Below, piece after piece: positions 46,421 through 56,248 of a stretch of 64,000 bases of DNA. This stretch comes from a virus. The notes beneath the pieces are model-generated. The model had not been told where the DNA came from. It made no database searches and was given only the letters and a program-made list of their open reading frames with translations. The DNA lies in the IMG/VR virus record IMGVR_UViG_3300042991_000780, positions 1 through 64,000 of that record; one strand, given 5' to 3'. A program made the translations under genes and the position numbers. The number at the start of each line of letters is the position of its first letter. Within the stretch, counting starts at the first letter, position 1.

Positions 46421-46867
46421 TTATTCAAATATTATTGGGTTTTGTTGTCCAAATTCTCTTAACAGTACCCCGGCAAGTGCGTTTGCTTCATTTTCAATTT
46501 CACTGCCAGTATCGTTTGAATCTGGTTTGAGTTTGTTATCTTTTCTTTGTTTGTGATGAACTAATTCATGTGCTAATGTTCTTAAAATATCAGCCAAATT
46601 TCTGTTTACGGCAACAACTCTTAATTCATTGGTTTCCGGTGTGTATTTACCAAATGATTTCATTGTGGTTGCTTCATCAGGGTCTTGTGAAATTTTTAAA
46701 TCCGGCATGTCACCATCTAATTCAAGTTTTTCGTTAGCAAAATCAATAAACTCATTGATAACACTCATCTTTTCTTCCATTGGAAGTAATGATTCATTAA
46801 TGTTATTAACTCTTTTCATCATTTCAAAGAGTCTTTCTTTGCTACCATGTGAATGAAAAACTTTCAT
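46421..46867 (-). CDS. Zincin-like metallopeptidase domain protein
   Basis: LRTLAHELVHHKQ (HExxH) with a downstream ENEANALAG third ligand. Confidence 0.75.
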   Translation of the reverse strand: MKVFHSHGSKERLFEMMKRVNNINESLLPMEEKMSVINEFIDFANEKLELDGDMPDLKISQDPDEATTMKSFGKYTPETNELRVVAVNRNLADILRTLAHELVHHKQRKDNKLKPDSNDTGSEIENEANALAGVLLREFGQQNPIIFE

Positions 46868-46869
46868 TT

Positions 46870-47604
46870 TTAAACCATATCATTAAAACTACTCTGGACA
46901 TCAATTTTAGAAATTTCGGGTAAATCATCGAAATCAGCGACAAATGATCCATCTGGTAATTCTCTGATTCCTTTTTCCATCACATCATCACGTTTTTCGT
47001 TAAACCAATTTCCTTTCCAGAAATCATTTAAATTAAAATAATATGGATATGAAACATTCTTTTTGCTCATAAGTTTCTCAGAATTCGTTGGTTCACGAAC
47101 TTCTTCAACATCGGCATTTAGTTTCGATAATTGACTGTTTAAACTATTAACGCTATCTTCCAATGATTTAAGTTCACCATGAATGCCTTTCATAGCCTCA
47201 ATATTGTGCTTAATAATATCATTCTGAATATCGTTAATTGGTGGTGTTGACATACCAGCACCCATACCCATTGGGTCAGTACTTACTGTTGGGTCTTCTT
47301 CACCACCCACTGGTGGCATTCCACCAGCAGCAGTTTCACCAGTCTCGGCATATTCTGGTACTGGTGCATCTTCCATGCCCATAGGTTGATCGTTAGATGG
47401 TTCAGTTGGTGTTGTTCCACCACCCGGAATCTCAGCGTCTTCTTGTTCTCCCGCCTCATTGGTCAGTACTGGAACATTATCAAATTCCTCACCATCACTA
47501 ACCAATGGACGATATCGTGGCGATTCACCAATCACATAATCGTTACGATATAAAATCCTTCTAAGATGATCCTCGGAAAGATTAGTTTTCTTATCATTTT
47601 TCAT
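46870..47604 (-). CDS. Acidic hypothetical protein with coiled coil
   Basis: 244 aa; disordered P/G/E/M-rich middle, heptad segment, SYPYYFNLNDFW motif. Confidence 0.7.
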   Translation of the reverse strand: MKNDKKTNLSEDHLRRILYRNDYVIGESPRYRPLVSDGEEFDNVPVLTNEAGEQEDAEIPGGGTTPTEPSNDQPMGMEDAPVPEYAETGETAAGGMPPVGGEEDPTVSTDPMGMGAGMSTPPINDIQNDIIKHNIEAMKGIHGELKSLEDSVNSLNSQLSKLNADVEEVREPTNSEKLMSKKNVSYPYYFNLNDFWKGNWFNEKRDDVMEKGIRELPDGSFVADFDDLPEISKIDVQSSFNDMV

Positions 47605-47617
47605 TAGACAATAATTA

Positions 47618-47809
47618 TTAATACCACTCTCTTAGTAATTGTTTACCATCTTTGGTAACAAACACACGGTCAATTCTTTCGATCAAACCTTCTCTCTCAT
47701 CAAGAACAACCTTTTTTACTGCTTCTTTTTTTTCCTTCTCTATCAATTCTTCTTCTGTTAAAGGAGTTTCAATAAAATTGTTAAGTGCTTTTTCTACATT
47801 ATTTTCCAT
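47618..47809 (-). CDS. Small hypothetical protein
   Basis: 63 aa ending GLIERIDR..VTKDGKQLLRE; preceded by the GTATTTATA motif at 47829-47837. Confidence 0.65.
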   Translation of the reverse strand: MENNVEKALNNFIETPLTEEELIEKEKKEAVKKVVLDEREGLIERIDRVFVTKDGKQLLREWY

Positions 47810-47855
47810 AACATTATATTTTATTTATTATAAATACTCAATAAACATATAAATA

Positions 47856-48641
47856 TCATTTGGATATTGAGAATCTTTTTCTGCTTCCAATACCACCAGT
47901 CTTTCTCTTATTTAAACCAATCCAACCATCATTAAGATATTTCGATAAAAATTCACCTTCTAATCTTATCGCATCATCAACAAAAATATAATCAGTTAAT
48001 TGTTTTCTTATTGGATGTAAGCCAGTGTTTATTGTATGTTTGGTAACTGCATCCGATAAATTCTTATTTCTACTTTTTTGACGAATATCAATATTGCAGG
48101 TTAATCCAACATACACATGATTATCAGGAAATTCATAAGAATAAATACATTTATTAAATCTATCACCAATCGGTTTCATATGTTTACAAATATCATCAAG
48201 CCAATTGTTTTTTAACGCAATATGATAAACATGTTGTGAACCTTTCACAAATTCTGTCTTCGTTGAATATTTCAATGCTTCTTTTTTACAATTTTCAAAA
48301 TTATGCCAATACCCATTTGGTAATTTTTTGTAAGTCATGTGTTGACATATTTCGTCAAGCCATCCATTATACATTGCAGAGTAATATGCGTTTTTATTTT
48401 CCTTTTGAAATTCTTTTCTATGTTTGTAATTTAATGCAAGTAAATGACATTTTTCGAAACTCCATTTGAATTTTATTTCGTATTTAATTTTCATATGCTT
48501 ACACGCATCATCAAGCCAATTATTTTTTCGCAATATCTCATATGCTGTGCATGATCTTCGACAGAATTTTGTTCTTGTATCATATTTTAATGCTTCTTCA
48601 AAACACTTTTCTTTAGTCCAATAATTTCTATTTTTTCTCAT
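47856..48641 (-). CDS. GIY-YIG-like endonuclease with three N-terminal repeats
   Basis: Three W..E.C...AL.Y....F......Y......WLD..C.HM repeats; C-terminal CIYSYEF...VYVGLT. Confidence 0.75.
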   Translation of the reverse strand: MRKNRNYWTKEKCFEEALKYDTRTKFCRRSCTAYEILRKNNWLDDACKHMKIKYEIKFKWSFEKCHLLALNYKHRKEFQKENKNAYYSAMYNGWLDEICQHMTYKKLPNGYWHNFENCKKEALKYSTKTEFVKGSQHVYHIALKNNWLDDICKHMKPIGDRFNKCIYSYEFPDNHVYVGLTCNIDIRQKSRNKNLSDAVTKHTINTGLHPIRKQLTDYIFVDDAIRLEGEFLSKYLNDGWIGLNKRKTGGIGSRKRFSISK

Positions 48642-48700
48642 AATAAAAAATCGTTTAATATAAATACTAAACGACTTGATAAAATCCTTTTAATTTATTA

Positions 48701-49333
48701 TTATTTTAATATCACAACCAGATATCTTTTAAGATGTATAAAATTTGGAAAGATTTTATATTGATTGAGATACATTTGACCGTCCATATCATACATATAA
48801 TGTGCTGAACGTATTGAAATATTTTCTTTTATTTCATTAATATTAAACTTGAAATACTCATACATTTTTAAGTTTACGCCCCATATCTTATTCTCCTTTA
48901 AAACATAGATCATTTCATCCTTAAAATTGTAGGCAACATCAATTTCTTTTGGTAAAACACCCATCAAGTCTTCTATTTCTACGATTTGAAAGAATACCGG
49001 GTCTAAATTAACATATAAATATTTGGGAGCAAAATAAAATTGTGGAACATAATTTACAAAATTTTCAACACCCTTTACATGAGATGTCTTACTTTCCTTA
49101 AAACTGAATTCCCAATATAACTCATTGGTTATAATCTTCTTCTTGAGGATATCAGCATTTAGTATGATCTCATTTCCGGGATTACAATCTTTCATGAATG
49201 ACCAACCAACATATAATGTTGGCAGCGACTTATCGAGTTTATCATACTCAATGGGTTCATTGTAATAATTAATGTACTCCGCTTTAGTGTGATTTACAAG
49301 TTCCTTTTCATGAATGATGTTAGCAATTTTCAT
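48701..49333 (-). CDS. Hypothetical protein
   Basis: 210 aa ORF overlapping the hldD stop; LPTLYVGW motif. Confidence 0.7.
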   Translation of the reverse strand: MKIANIIHEKELVNHTKAEYINYYNEPIEYDKLDKSLPTLYVGWSFMKDCNPGNEIILNADILKKKIITNELYWEFSFKESKTSHVKGVENFVNYVPQFYFAPKYLYVNLDPVFFQIVEIEDLMGVLPKEIDVAYNFKDEMIYVLKENKIWGVNLKMYEYFKFNINEIKENISIRSAHYMYDMDGQMYLNQYKIFPNFIHLKRYLVVILK

Positions 49334-50279
49334 TATTTAGTTTTTTTATATAGTTAGAAACACCTTCTTCCAATTCATAAAATTTCTTATTGTAACCCGT
49401 TAATTTCAATTTAAGCATTTTTGCCTCAGTAAAATACTGATACTTATCTCTTATTTTTTTTGGGATGTCAATATATGAAATATTTTGCATAGTTCCAAGA
49501 CTTTTAAAAACTGCATACACAAGATCATTAAATGTGCGTGCTTTGCCTGTGCCAACATTGTATATACCGGATATTGGTTTATTCTCATAAAGCCAGATAC
49601 ATACATCGACTACATCATCAACATAAATAAAATCTCTTGCCTGTTCGCCATTCTTATAATCTGGACGGTGAGATTTAAATAAATTAACATATAAACTGCC
49701 AAAAAAACCACCATCGGCTTCAAAGCAATCATTTACATATTCATCATTCGCTTTGACTTCAAGATATTTTTGATATACAACTGAAGCCATCTTACCTTTA
49801 TGTGCTTCGCCATAACCATAAACATTGAAAAACTTTAAACCGTACCAACTTTCAGGTTGTTTTTCCTGTGTTTCAACCCAAACATCAAATTGTTGTTTCG
49901 ACCAACCATATGGATTTAATGGTTTTAGTCTGATAATATCTTTTTCATCATCAAAACCATCTTCGCCATCACCATACGTGGCTGCTGAACTTGCATAAAT
50001 CAGTGGTATATTATATTGTGCACATAAATTCCAGATAAATATTGAAGCGTTTACATTAAATTCATCGAAAAGATTTCTGTCCATAACTGTTGTATCGGTT
50101 ATTGCACCAAGATGAAAAATGCAATCAATCTCCTTGGCGTGATTCATAAGCCAAGAAAACATGGAATCAAGTGATTCGCTTTTTGTGTCAAGCGATACAA
50201 CACCAACATATCCACGCCTTGTTAATTCTTTAACAAGATTGCTGCCAATAAAACCTTCACCACCAGTTACTACTATCAT
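49320..50279 (-). CDS. hldD: ADP-L-glycero-D-manno-heptose 6-epimerase
   Basis: IVVTGGEGFIGSNLV, FHLGA, YASSAATYG, PLNPYGWSK, FFNVYG..E.HKG.MASV and YQYFTEA motifs. Confidence 0.92.
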   Translation of the reverse strand: MIVVTGGEGFIGSNLVKELTRRGYVGVVSLDTKSESLDSMFSWLMNHAKEIDCIFHLGAITDTTVMDRNLFDEFNVNASIFIWNLCAQYNIPLIYASSAATYGDGEDGFDDEKDIIRLKPLNPYGWSKQQFDVWVETQEKQPESWYGLKFFNVYGYGEAHKGKMASVVYQKYLEVKANDEYVNDCFEADGGFFGSLYVNLFKSHRPDYKNGEQARDFIYVDDVVDVCIWLYENKPISGIYNVGTGKARTFNDLVYAVFKSLGTMQNISYIDIPKKIRDKYQYFTEAKMLKLKLTGYNKKFYELEEGVSNYIKKLNNENC

Positions 50280-50707
50280 AATTTTTTTATCTTTTCAATA
50301 ATATTTGTCGTTGATCTGTTATCTGTTATATAAAATGCTGCACCGTATTTCGCATTTTCAGCACCAATGACTTCCTTGTTTCGATAATGATCGCCAACAA
50401 TTAAATAGTCAATATTACAATTTTTAACTAACTGTCTTAACTCATCATCAGTACTAAATATAAATACTTTATCAACCATTCTTAAATTGGACATTATTGT
50501 TACCCTTGTGTTAATGTTATTTATTGGACGATTTTCTCCTTTCAATTGCTTTACTCTTTCATCACTATCAAGTCCAACATACAGTTTATTTTGACATCTA
50601 ACTGGCAAAATTTCATTTTCATCAGTACCATATAGTTTTGCAAACCATAACAAATCTATATGCCCGGTATGTAAAATATCAAAACAACCATTTACCCAAA
50701 TATTCAT
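50276..50707 (-). CDS. hldC: Heptose-1-phosphate adenylyltransferase (HldE/RfaE domain II)
   Basis: NGCFDILHTGH, VGLDSDERVKQLKGENRPIN and STTNII motifs. Confidence 0.85.
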   Translation of the reverse strand: MNIWVNGCFDILHTGHIDLLWFAKLYGTDENEILPVRCQNKLYVGLDSDERVKQLKGENRPINNINTRVTIMSNLRMVDKVFIFSTDDELRQLVKNCNIDYLIVGDHYRNKEVIGAENAKYGAAFYITDNRSTTNIIEKIKKL

Positions 50708-51009
50708 AACTCTTCAATTCTCATGCTCTTATCATCGATGATGCGGTCATACGCTGGTTTTGAATTCATTACAACATCGTGGTACTTACAACCCCAAGCC
50801 GTCAATTGGCGTGCGGTCAGGTCAGTCCAATTTAATCCAGTTACTTTACCCCTTGCAGTCCAGTAAATAATAGTATGACCCTCATCGAATAATTTATTTA
50901 TTTTTGCAATGTTTTCTGGTATCGGTTTGGCATTTTCATAACCACCTTCTGTATGACAGATAGTACCATCAATATCCACAAATATTACTTCACGCTTTTT
51001 TTCATTCAT
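50704..51009 (-). CDS. Small HAD-family phosphatase
   Basis: FVDIDGTIC, YWTARG and KP.YD.IIDDK motifs. Confidence 0.85.
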   Translation of the reverse strand: MNEKKREVIFVDIDGTICHTEGGYENAKPIPENIAKINKLFDEGHTIIYWTARGKVTGLNWTDLTARQLTAWGCKYHDVVMNSKPAYDRIIDDKSMRIEEL

Positions 51010-52154
51010 TTTTGACTATCTCCTTTCTCTATTCTTATTGAATCTTCGGGAAAATCTGTTGTTGAGACTTCCACAATTATTGAATTTGTTATTGCCATTA
51101 ACTGATGTTCAATATTTGGCATGATTTCAATTTTATCACCTGCTTTAAATTTAAAATAATCAAAATGTTCACTATTTTCTGTATTTATTATACATTCAAA
51201 ACTACCCCACATACAAAACCAAAGTTCTTGTTTTATCTCGTGTTTATGCCAACTAAACTTTCTTCCTTTAAAGAAAACCAGATACTTCAAACAATACTTA
51301 TCATTATTAACAAAATGAATTTCAAATCCCCATCCCTTTTTCACTATTTTAGAATTTGAATTTAATCCAATTAAAACTTGTGTCCAAAAACCTCGATTGT
51401 AATTGGTTATTCCATGACACTTCCTGCATAATGTTATGAGATTATTTTCCTCATTGTTGTTTTTATCATAATCAATATGATGAACTTCTAATTTTTTTGT
51501 TTCACCACATAATTGGCAACAATTTCCATCCCTCTCTTTTATATTATTTTTCAGTTTTTTATTAAATCCAAACCCATATTTATGTTCACAACCAACATTA
51601 TCAGTAATTTCTTTATTATTACCATTATTTCTCGAACAATTTAAAGAACAAAACACTGGTTCTTGTCCTTTATGTAAATTTCTTCTTGTATATTCAAATT
51701 CCTTTCCACATCTCGCACATATCTTCTTTTCTTTATTGGCAATCCACGCTGGATTGTTCTCATTTAATCTTTGTTGTGACATGTACTTGGCAAGACATTC
51801 TCTGGAACACACAATTTTCTCACCATAATGCTTAAATTCCTTGCCACAAATCTTACAGTTTGATATTGTTCTTATATCTGTTCTTTCAATTGCTTTTACT
51901 TGACATGTTCTCGAACAATACAGTCTATCTTTTTCCCATGTTGGTGCATTAAATTCTTTTCCACATTTTTTACAAACCAAAGTTAATTTACAATTTTCGT
52001 TGTTTTGTTTTTGATTAAGATTTCGTTTACAAGCATAGCAGACACCAGTATTCACATATCTTTTATCGATATGCCCATTTTGACATGGTTCACCAGTATA
52101 ATACCATTTCTGACCAATCTTTTTGGCTTCTTCTCTTGTAATTACTTCTCTCAC
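51006..52154 (-). CDS. Zn-finger/HNH endonuclease fused in frame to a cupin sugar-isomerase-like domain
   Basis: Three CxxCGKEF...CSxxC fingers; RDGNCCQLCG...LEVHHIDY..NN..NLITLCRKCH HNH; C-terminal KIVKKGWG.E...FSWHKH..KQE...H.L cupin (about 51006-51350). Confidence 0.8.
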   Translation of the reverse strand: MREVITREEAKKIGQKWYYTGEPCQNGHIDKRYVNTGVCYACKRNLNQKQNNENCKLTLVCKKCGKEFNAPTWEKDRLYCSRTCQVKAIERTDIRTISNCKICGKEFKHYGEKIVCSRECLAKYMSQQRLNENNPAWIANKEKKICARCGKEFEYTRRNLHKGQEPVFCSLNCSRNNGNNKEITDNVGCEHKYGFGFNKKLKNNIKERDGNCCQLCGETKKLEVHHIDYDKNNNEENNLITLCRKCHGITNYNRGFWTQVLIGLNSNSKIVKKGWGFEIHFVNNDKYCLKYLVFFKGRKFSWHKHEIKQELWFCMWGSFECIINTENSEHFDYFKFKAGDKIEIMPNIEHQLMAITNSIIVEVSTTDFPEDSIRIEKGDSQK

Positions 52155-52912
52155 ACTTTTACTTTATTTAAATCAACAACCACCACGCCTTTTTGTGTCA
52201 CTACCCATGCTGAACATTTATTGGCAAACCTAATTGCTTCACAAATATCGTTATTTTCTATGTATTTTGCAACAAGTGCTGCAAGAAAAGTATCACCAGC
52301 ACCACTTAAATCTCTAACGTCATGCTCATTTTCAATTGGAAATTTCTGATCAAAATTTAAAACAGCACCATCCTTGCCTTTTGTTACAATCAGATTTCCC
52401 GGATAATAATTCCTTAAATAATCTTCGTTTGCTTTGAATTCCTTATTATTGATCTTTAAAAACTTAATATCCTCACACCAAGGACCTAATTCTTTTTTGG
52501 TGTCCATGAAAGTTAATGGATGATTTTCAGCAATCCACATGATATCATCATCACTTAAATAACCTTTATTATAATCACTTATAACAACAGCAACGTAATT
52601 TTCTAAATTAAAAAATTCCAATTCTTCAGAAGTTATTGGTTTGATCTCATCTTTTTCGTCAACTCTGATTAACATTTGATTTGAAACTTCATCAACATAT
52701 CTTGTTTTCACTGGTCTGATATCATTTGTCATAACATCACATTCAATACCTAATGCTTTTAAATTTTCTGCAACATTTATTGCCATCCCGCCATTTCCGG
52801 TTGTTCTTGATGGTAAAAATATTGGTACAGGTGCTTCTGGACTTAATCTTTCACATTTACCATACCTGAATACGTCTGAACAACCATCACCAATTACTAA
52901 AACTTTTTTCAT
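52151..52912 (-). CDS. hldA: Heptose-7-phosphate kinase (HldE/RfaE domain I, PfkB family)
   Basis: VLVIGD, RLSPEAPVP, ISDYNKG and DLSGAGDTF motifs. Confidence 0.9.
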   Translation of the reverse strand: MKKVLVIGDGCSDVFRYGKCERLSPEAPVPIFLPSRTTGNGGMAINVAENLKALGIECDVMTNDIRPVKTRYVDEVSNQMLIRVDEKDEIKPITSEELEFFNLENYVAVVISDYNKGYLSDDDIMWIAENHPLTFMDTKKELGPWCEDIKFLKINNKEFKANEDYLRNYYPGNLIVTKGKDGAVLNFDQKFPIENEHDVRDLSGAGDTFLAALVAKYIENNDICEAIRFANKCSAWVVTQKGVVVVDLNKVKV

Positions 52913-53907
52913 TTAATCATATATTTAAAAATCCACATTATTTTTTCTGCAGCATGTCCATCGCCAAAGGGACAATCATAATTTATTACATAATCGTCTA
53001 TGTGTTTTGTAAATACTTCATTTAATTCTTCTGGACTTTTAACCATAAATGAACTTTGACCAATTGCTTCTGGACGTTCAGTTACTTTTCTACAAACCAA
53101 GCATTTTTTATTAAAAAATGAACATTCTTCCTGTAAACCACCACTATCCGTTATTACTAATCTTGTTTTAACCAATAGTTCAAGCATATCTTCATATGAT
53201 AATGGATCAATAACAACAATATTTTTTAATAAAGGCTTATGTTTTTGTACGTTTGGATTCGGATGTATTGGTAATATAAATGTAAATTTTGGATATTGTA
53301 ATGCCAATTTATCTAACTCAATAAACCATTTATCCATCCAATGATGATTTTCACGTCTGTGCATTGTAATTAATATTTTATCCGTATATGCACATTCATT
53401 TTTGTATGATAATAAATTATCAATTACTGTATTACCAACGACATAACTTTCAGTATATATTTTTTCATTAATAATATTTTTTTGTGCCTGTTTTGTTGGA
53501 CAAAAATGAATATTAGCAATTTGAGATATGATTCTGCGATTTATTTCTTCTGGAAACGGATTTTCACGATCAAATGTACGTAACCCTGCCTCTAAATGAA
53601 TAACTTTTATTCCATTATGAAATGCAGATAATGCAAGTGCTAATGCAGATGTAGTATCCCCCTGAACCAATATATGTGTAATCGGCTCACTAAATAATGG
53701 TAATACATCCATTAATGATTTAATGATTGTATCCAATCTATTATTACCTTCTTGAATTTTTACGATATAATTATATTCAAATTGTCCAATATGTTCTTGC
53801 TGTCCGGTAAATAATATTTTAAAAGGATAATTATTCTTTCTAAATTCCTCAATTAATGACTTTATTTTAATCCATTCTGGTCTTGTTCCATAACATAATA
53901 GTATCAT
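52909..53907 (-). CDS. wecB: UDP-N-acetylglucosamine 2-epimerase (non-hydrolysing)
   Basis: GTRPEWIK, VQGDT, HLEAGLRT, PFPEE.NR, TMHRREN, TDSGGLQEE and TERPE motifs. Confidence 0.93.
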   Translation of the reverse strand: MILLCYGTRPEWIKIKSLIEEFRKNNYPFKILFTGQQEHIGQFEYNYIVKIQEGNNRLDTIIKSLMDVLPLFSEPITHILVQGDTTSALALALSAFHNGIKVIHLEAGLRTFDRENPFPEEINRRIISQIANIHFCPTKQAQKNIINEKIYTESYVVGNTVIDNLLSYKNECAYTDKILITMHRRENHHWMDKWFIELDKLALQYPKFTFILPIHPNPNVQKHKPLLKNIVVIDPLSYEDMLELLVKTRLVITDSGGLQEECSFFNKKCLVCRKVTERPEAIGQSSFMVKSPEELNEVFTKHIDDYVINYDCPFGDGHAAEKIMWIFKYMIK

Positions 53908-53908
53908 A

Positions 53909-54523
53909 TTATTCTTCTTTTTTTATGTGTAGTAAAACTACACTCAGTTCATTTTTATTTAAAATTCTATTACTAAAATTTAATGGAGTTGCATCAATTC
54001 TTTTATTTATTATATTTAAATTAACATCTGGATAATCAAACGTTAATATTAAATGTCCACCAGAATTAACCTGATTATATAAATTATCGAATGCCAATAA
54101 TATATCATCACCATTTAAATGTTCGATTGTTGAAATATTTAACACCACATCAAAGGAATTACTATTTGGTACTAATATATCATAAAAAATAAAATTTTCT
54201 TTTTCTGGTTTTTTTTCAATTCCAATATAATTCAATCTACCCCAAACATCTGAATGTATTACATTATTTGAATATTGTTCAATGTCATTACAGAATGTTA
54301 AATGCAGACAATCACCATAATTAAGTCCACCACAAGCAGTATTATGTATTGAATTGGGTTTGATTTCCTTTAATTTATCAAGAACATATTTCCATTCATA
54401 TATGCGTGACCAATGAATATACTTCAGTTCAATTGGATAATCATTAGTTATAAATTCATATTTTATTATTTCAAAATTATTCACGGCTATATGGATGATA
54501 TTCAAACATTTTAACAAATGCAT
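53909..54523 (-). CDS. SAM-dependent methyltransferase-like; real start possibly GTG at 54484
   Basis: WSRIYEW and FDVVLNISTIEHL...GGHLILTFD motifs. Confidence 0.7.
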   Translation of the reverse strand: MHLLKCLNIIHIAVNNFEIIKYEFITNDYPIELKYIHWSRIYEWKYVLDKLKEIKPNSIHNTACGGLNYGDCLHLTFCNDIEQYSNNVIHSDVWGRLNYIGIEKKPEKENFIFYDILVPNSNSFDVVLNISTIEHLNGDDILLAFDNLYNQVNSGGHLILTFDYPDVNLNIINKRIDATPLNFSNRILNKNELSVVLLHIKKEE

Positions 54524-55217
54524 CGAATGTAATGTTATTTTTTTTCATAAAATAATTTTTATGTTCATGAGCAAACGATTGTAAAACTTTATTTCTTGTA
54601 ACGCCACCATAATGACAAACCCAAGACAAGCCAGTACTTTTAATTTTCAAACCATTTTTTAATATTCTATAAACCAAATCATCATCTTCACATTGTTGTG
54701 GTGAAAAATTTTCATCATAATATCCACCAATTTCATTAAGTTGATTTAATTTAATTAACCAAGGATGAACCTGACGACATTTGTTATATGTTTTATCATA
54801 TTTTAATGATTCAATTTTTTTCTCTAAATAATTAACATCAATAATACTTTGGGGTAAATAAATGTGTGGTTGTAATATTCCAGTTTCAATATCATCAATA
54901 TTTAATAAAGGCTCTAACCATATCTTTGGAAATAGCATATCGGAATGTAATTCCAATAAAAAATCAAAATTTTCCTTAATTATTTCATTATAAACTTTAA
55001 TTCTTGGCATAACAATTCCCTCATTTATAATATTAAATATTATGTATTTATCAACATTTATTGATTTTAAATATTCTTTTAAATCATTATTTGAATTATT
55101 ATCGCAAACAAATAATTTAAATTCATGCTGATTTATATCCGAATTAAATAATGATTCTAAGCATGGTTTTAAATACGTTAAATCATTATGTGTTATTAAT
55201 GATATTGCTATTCGCAT
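54477..55217 (-). CDS. GT2-family glycosyltransferase
   Basis: ITHN...CLESL, CDNNS, LHSDM and IGGYYDENF...EDDDL motifs. Confidence 0.85.
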   Translation of the reverse strand: MRIAISLITHNDLTYLKPCLESLFNSDINQHEFKLFVCDNNSNNDLKEYLKSINVDKYIIFNIINEGIVMPRIKVYNEIIKENFDFLLELHSDMLFPKIWLEPLLNIDDIETGILQPHIYLPQSIIDVNYLEKKIESLKYDKTYNKCRQVHPWLIKLNQLNEIGGYYDENFSPQQCEDDDLVYRILKNGLKIKSTGLSWVCHYGGVTRNKVLQSFAHEHKNYFMKKNNITFDAFVKMFEYHPYSRE

Positions 55218-56248
55218 TTATTTACTTGTTTATTAATCCAATTATATGTTTTTTCGAGTCCAACAATTAATGGTTGACTAACTTCCCAGCCAATTCTTTC
55301 ACGATAAAGTTTATTATCCGAATTTCTACCACGCACACCTAAAGGACATTTAAATCCATATTTATCAATAAATTGCTGACCATCAATATTATATATTTTA
55401 ATATTTTTTCCAGAAATATTAATAGCCATTTGTGCAAGTTGATTAATGTTGACCATTTCTTCCGAACCAATATTAACTGGTTCAGTAAAATCACTTGCCA
55501 TTAGTTTTTGAATTGCTTCTATACATTCGTCAACATATAAAAATGAACGAGTTTGTTGACCATCGCCCCAAACTTCAATAGTTCCACCATCTGGTGTTTC
55601 TGCTGCTTTTCTACACATTGCTGCGGGTGCTTTTTCTTTTCCACCAGTCCAAGTTCCATGTGTGCCAAAAATATTATGAAACCTTGCAATCCTAATATTT
55701 AAACCATAATTTCTTTCAAATGCTTTATATAATCTTTCACTGAAAAGTTTTTCCCAACCATATTCACTATCTGGTGCTGCAGGATATGCAGAATCTTCAG
55801 AACATTTTGGATTATTAGGGTCTAATTGATTGTACGCAGGATACATACATGCAGATGAACTATAAAACAATTTTTTAACACCCTTTTTAACCGCTTCTTT
55901 TGCAACATTTAAATTAATTAATCCAGAATTATGCATAACATCAGCATCGTGTTCACCAGTAAAAATATAACCAGCACCGCCCATATCTGCTGCAAGTTGG
56001 TATACCTCATCAAAAGCATTTGGGTCATTTCTTTCTGTACTTTGCTTTGGTGAGAACATAATTCGTGATACTAACATTGGATCACGTAAATCACCACTGA
56101 TATATTCATCACATATTATATTATGGTCAAAATATTCATGACATGGTTTAATATCCACTATTCTTACCCAATCACCTTGTGATTTAAAGAATTTTCCTAA
56201 GTGACCACCAATAAAGCCACCCCCACCTAAAATTAAAATTCGTTTCAT
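55208..56248 (-). CDS. NAD-dependent epimerase, GDP-mannose 3,5-epimerase-like
   Basis: GGGGFIGGH, LAADMGGAGYI, YSSSACMYP, YGWEKL, EKAPAAMCRK and GVRGRNSDN motifs. Confidence 0.88.
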   Translation of the reverse strand: MKRILILGGGGFIGGHLGKFFKSQGDWVRIVDIKPCHEYFDHNIICDEYISGDLRDPMLVSRIMFSPKQSTERNDPNAFDEVYQLAADMGGAGYIFTGEHDADVMHNSGLINLNVAKEAVKKGVKKLFYSSSACMYPAYNQLDPNNPKCSEDSAYPAAPDSEYGWEKLFSERLYKAFERNYGLNIRIARFHNIFGTHGTWTGGKEKAPAAMCRKAAETPDGGTIEVWGDGQQTRSFLYVDECIEAIQKLMASDFTEPVNIGSEEMVNINQLAQMAINISGKNIKIYNIDGQQFIDKYGFKCPLGVRGRNSDNKLYRERIGWEVSQPLIVGLEKTYNWINKQVNKCE

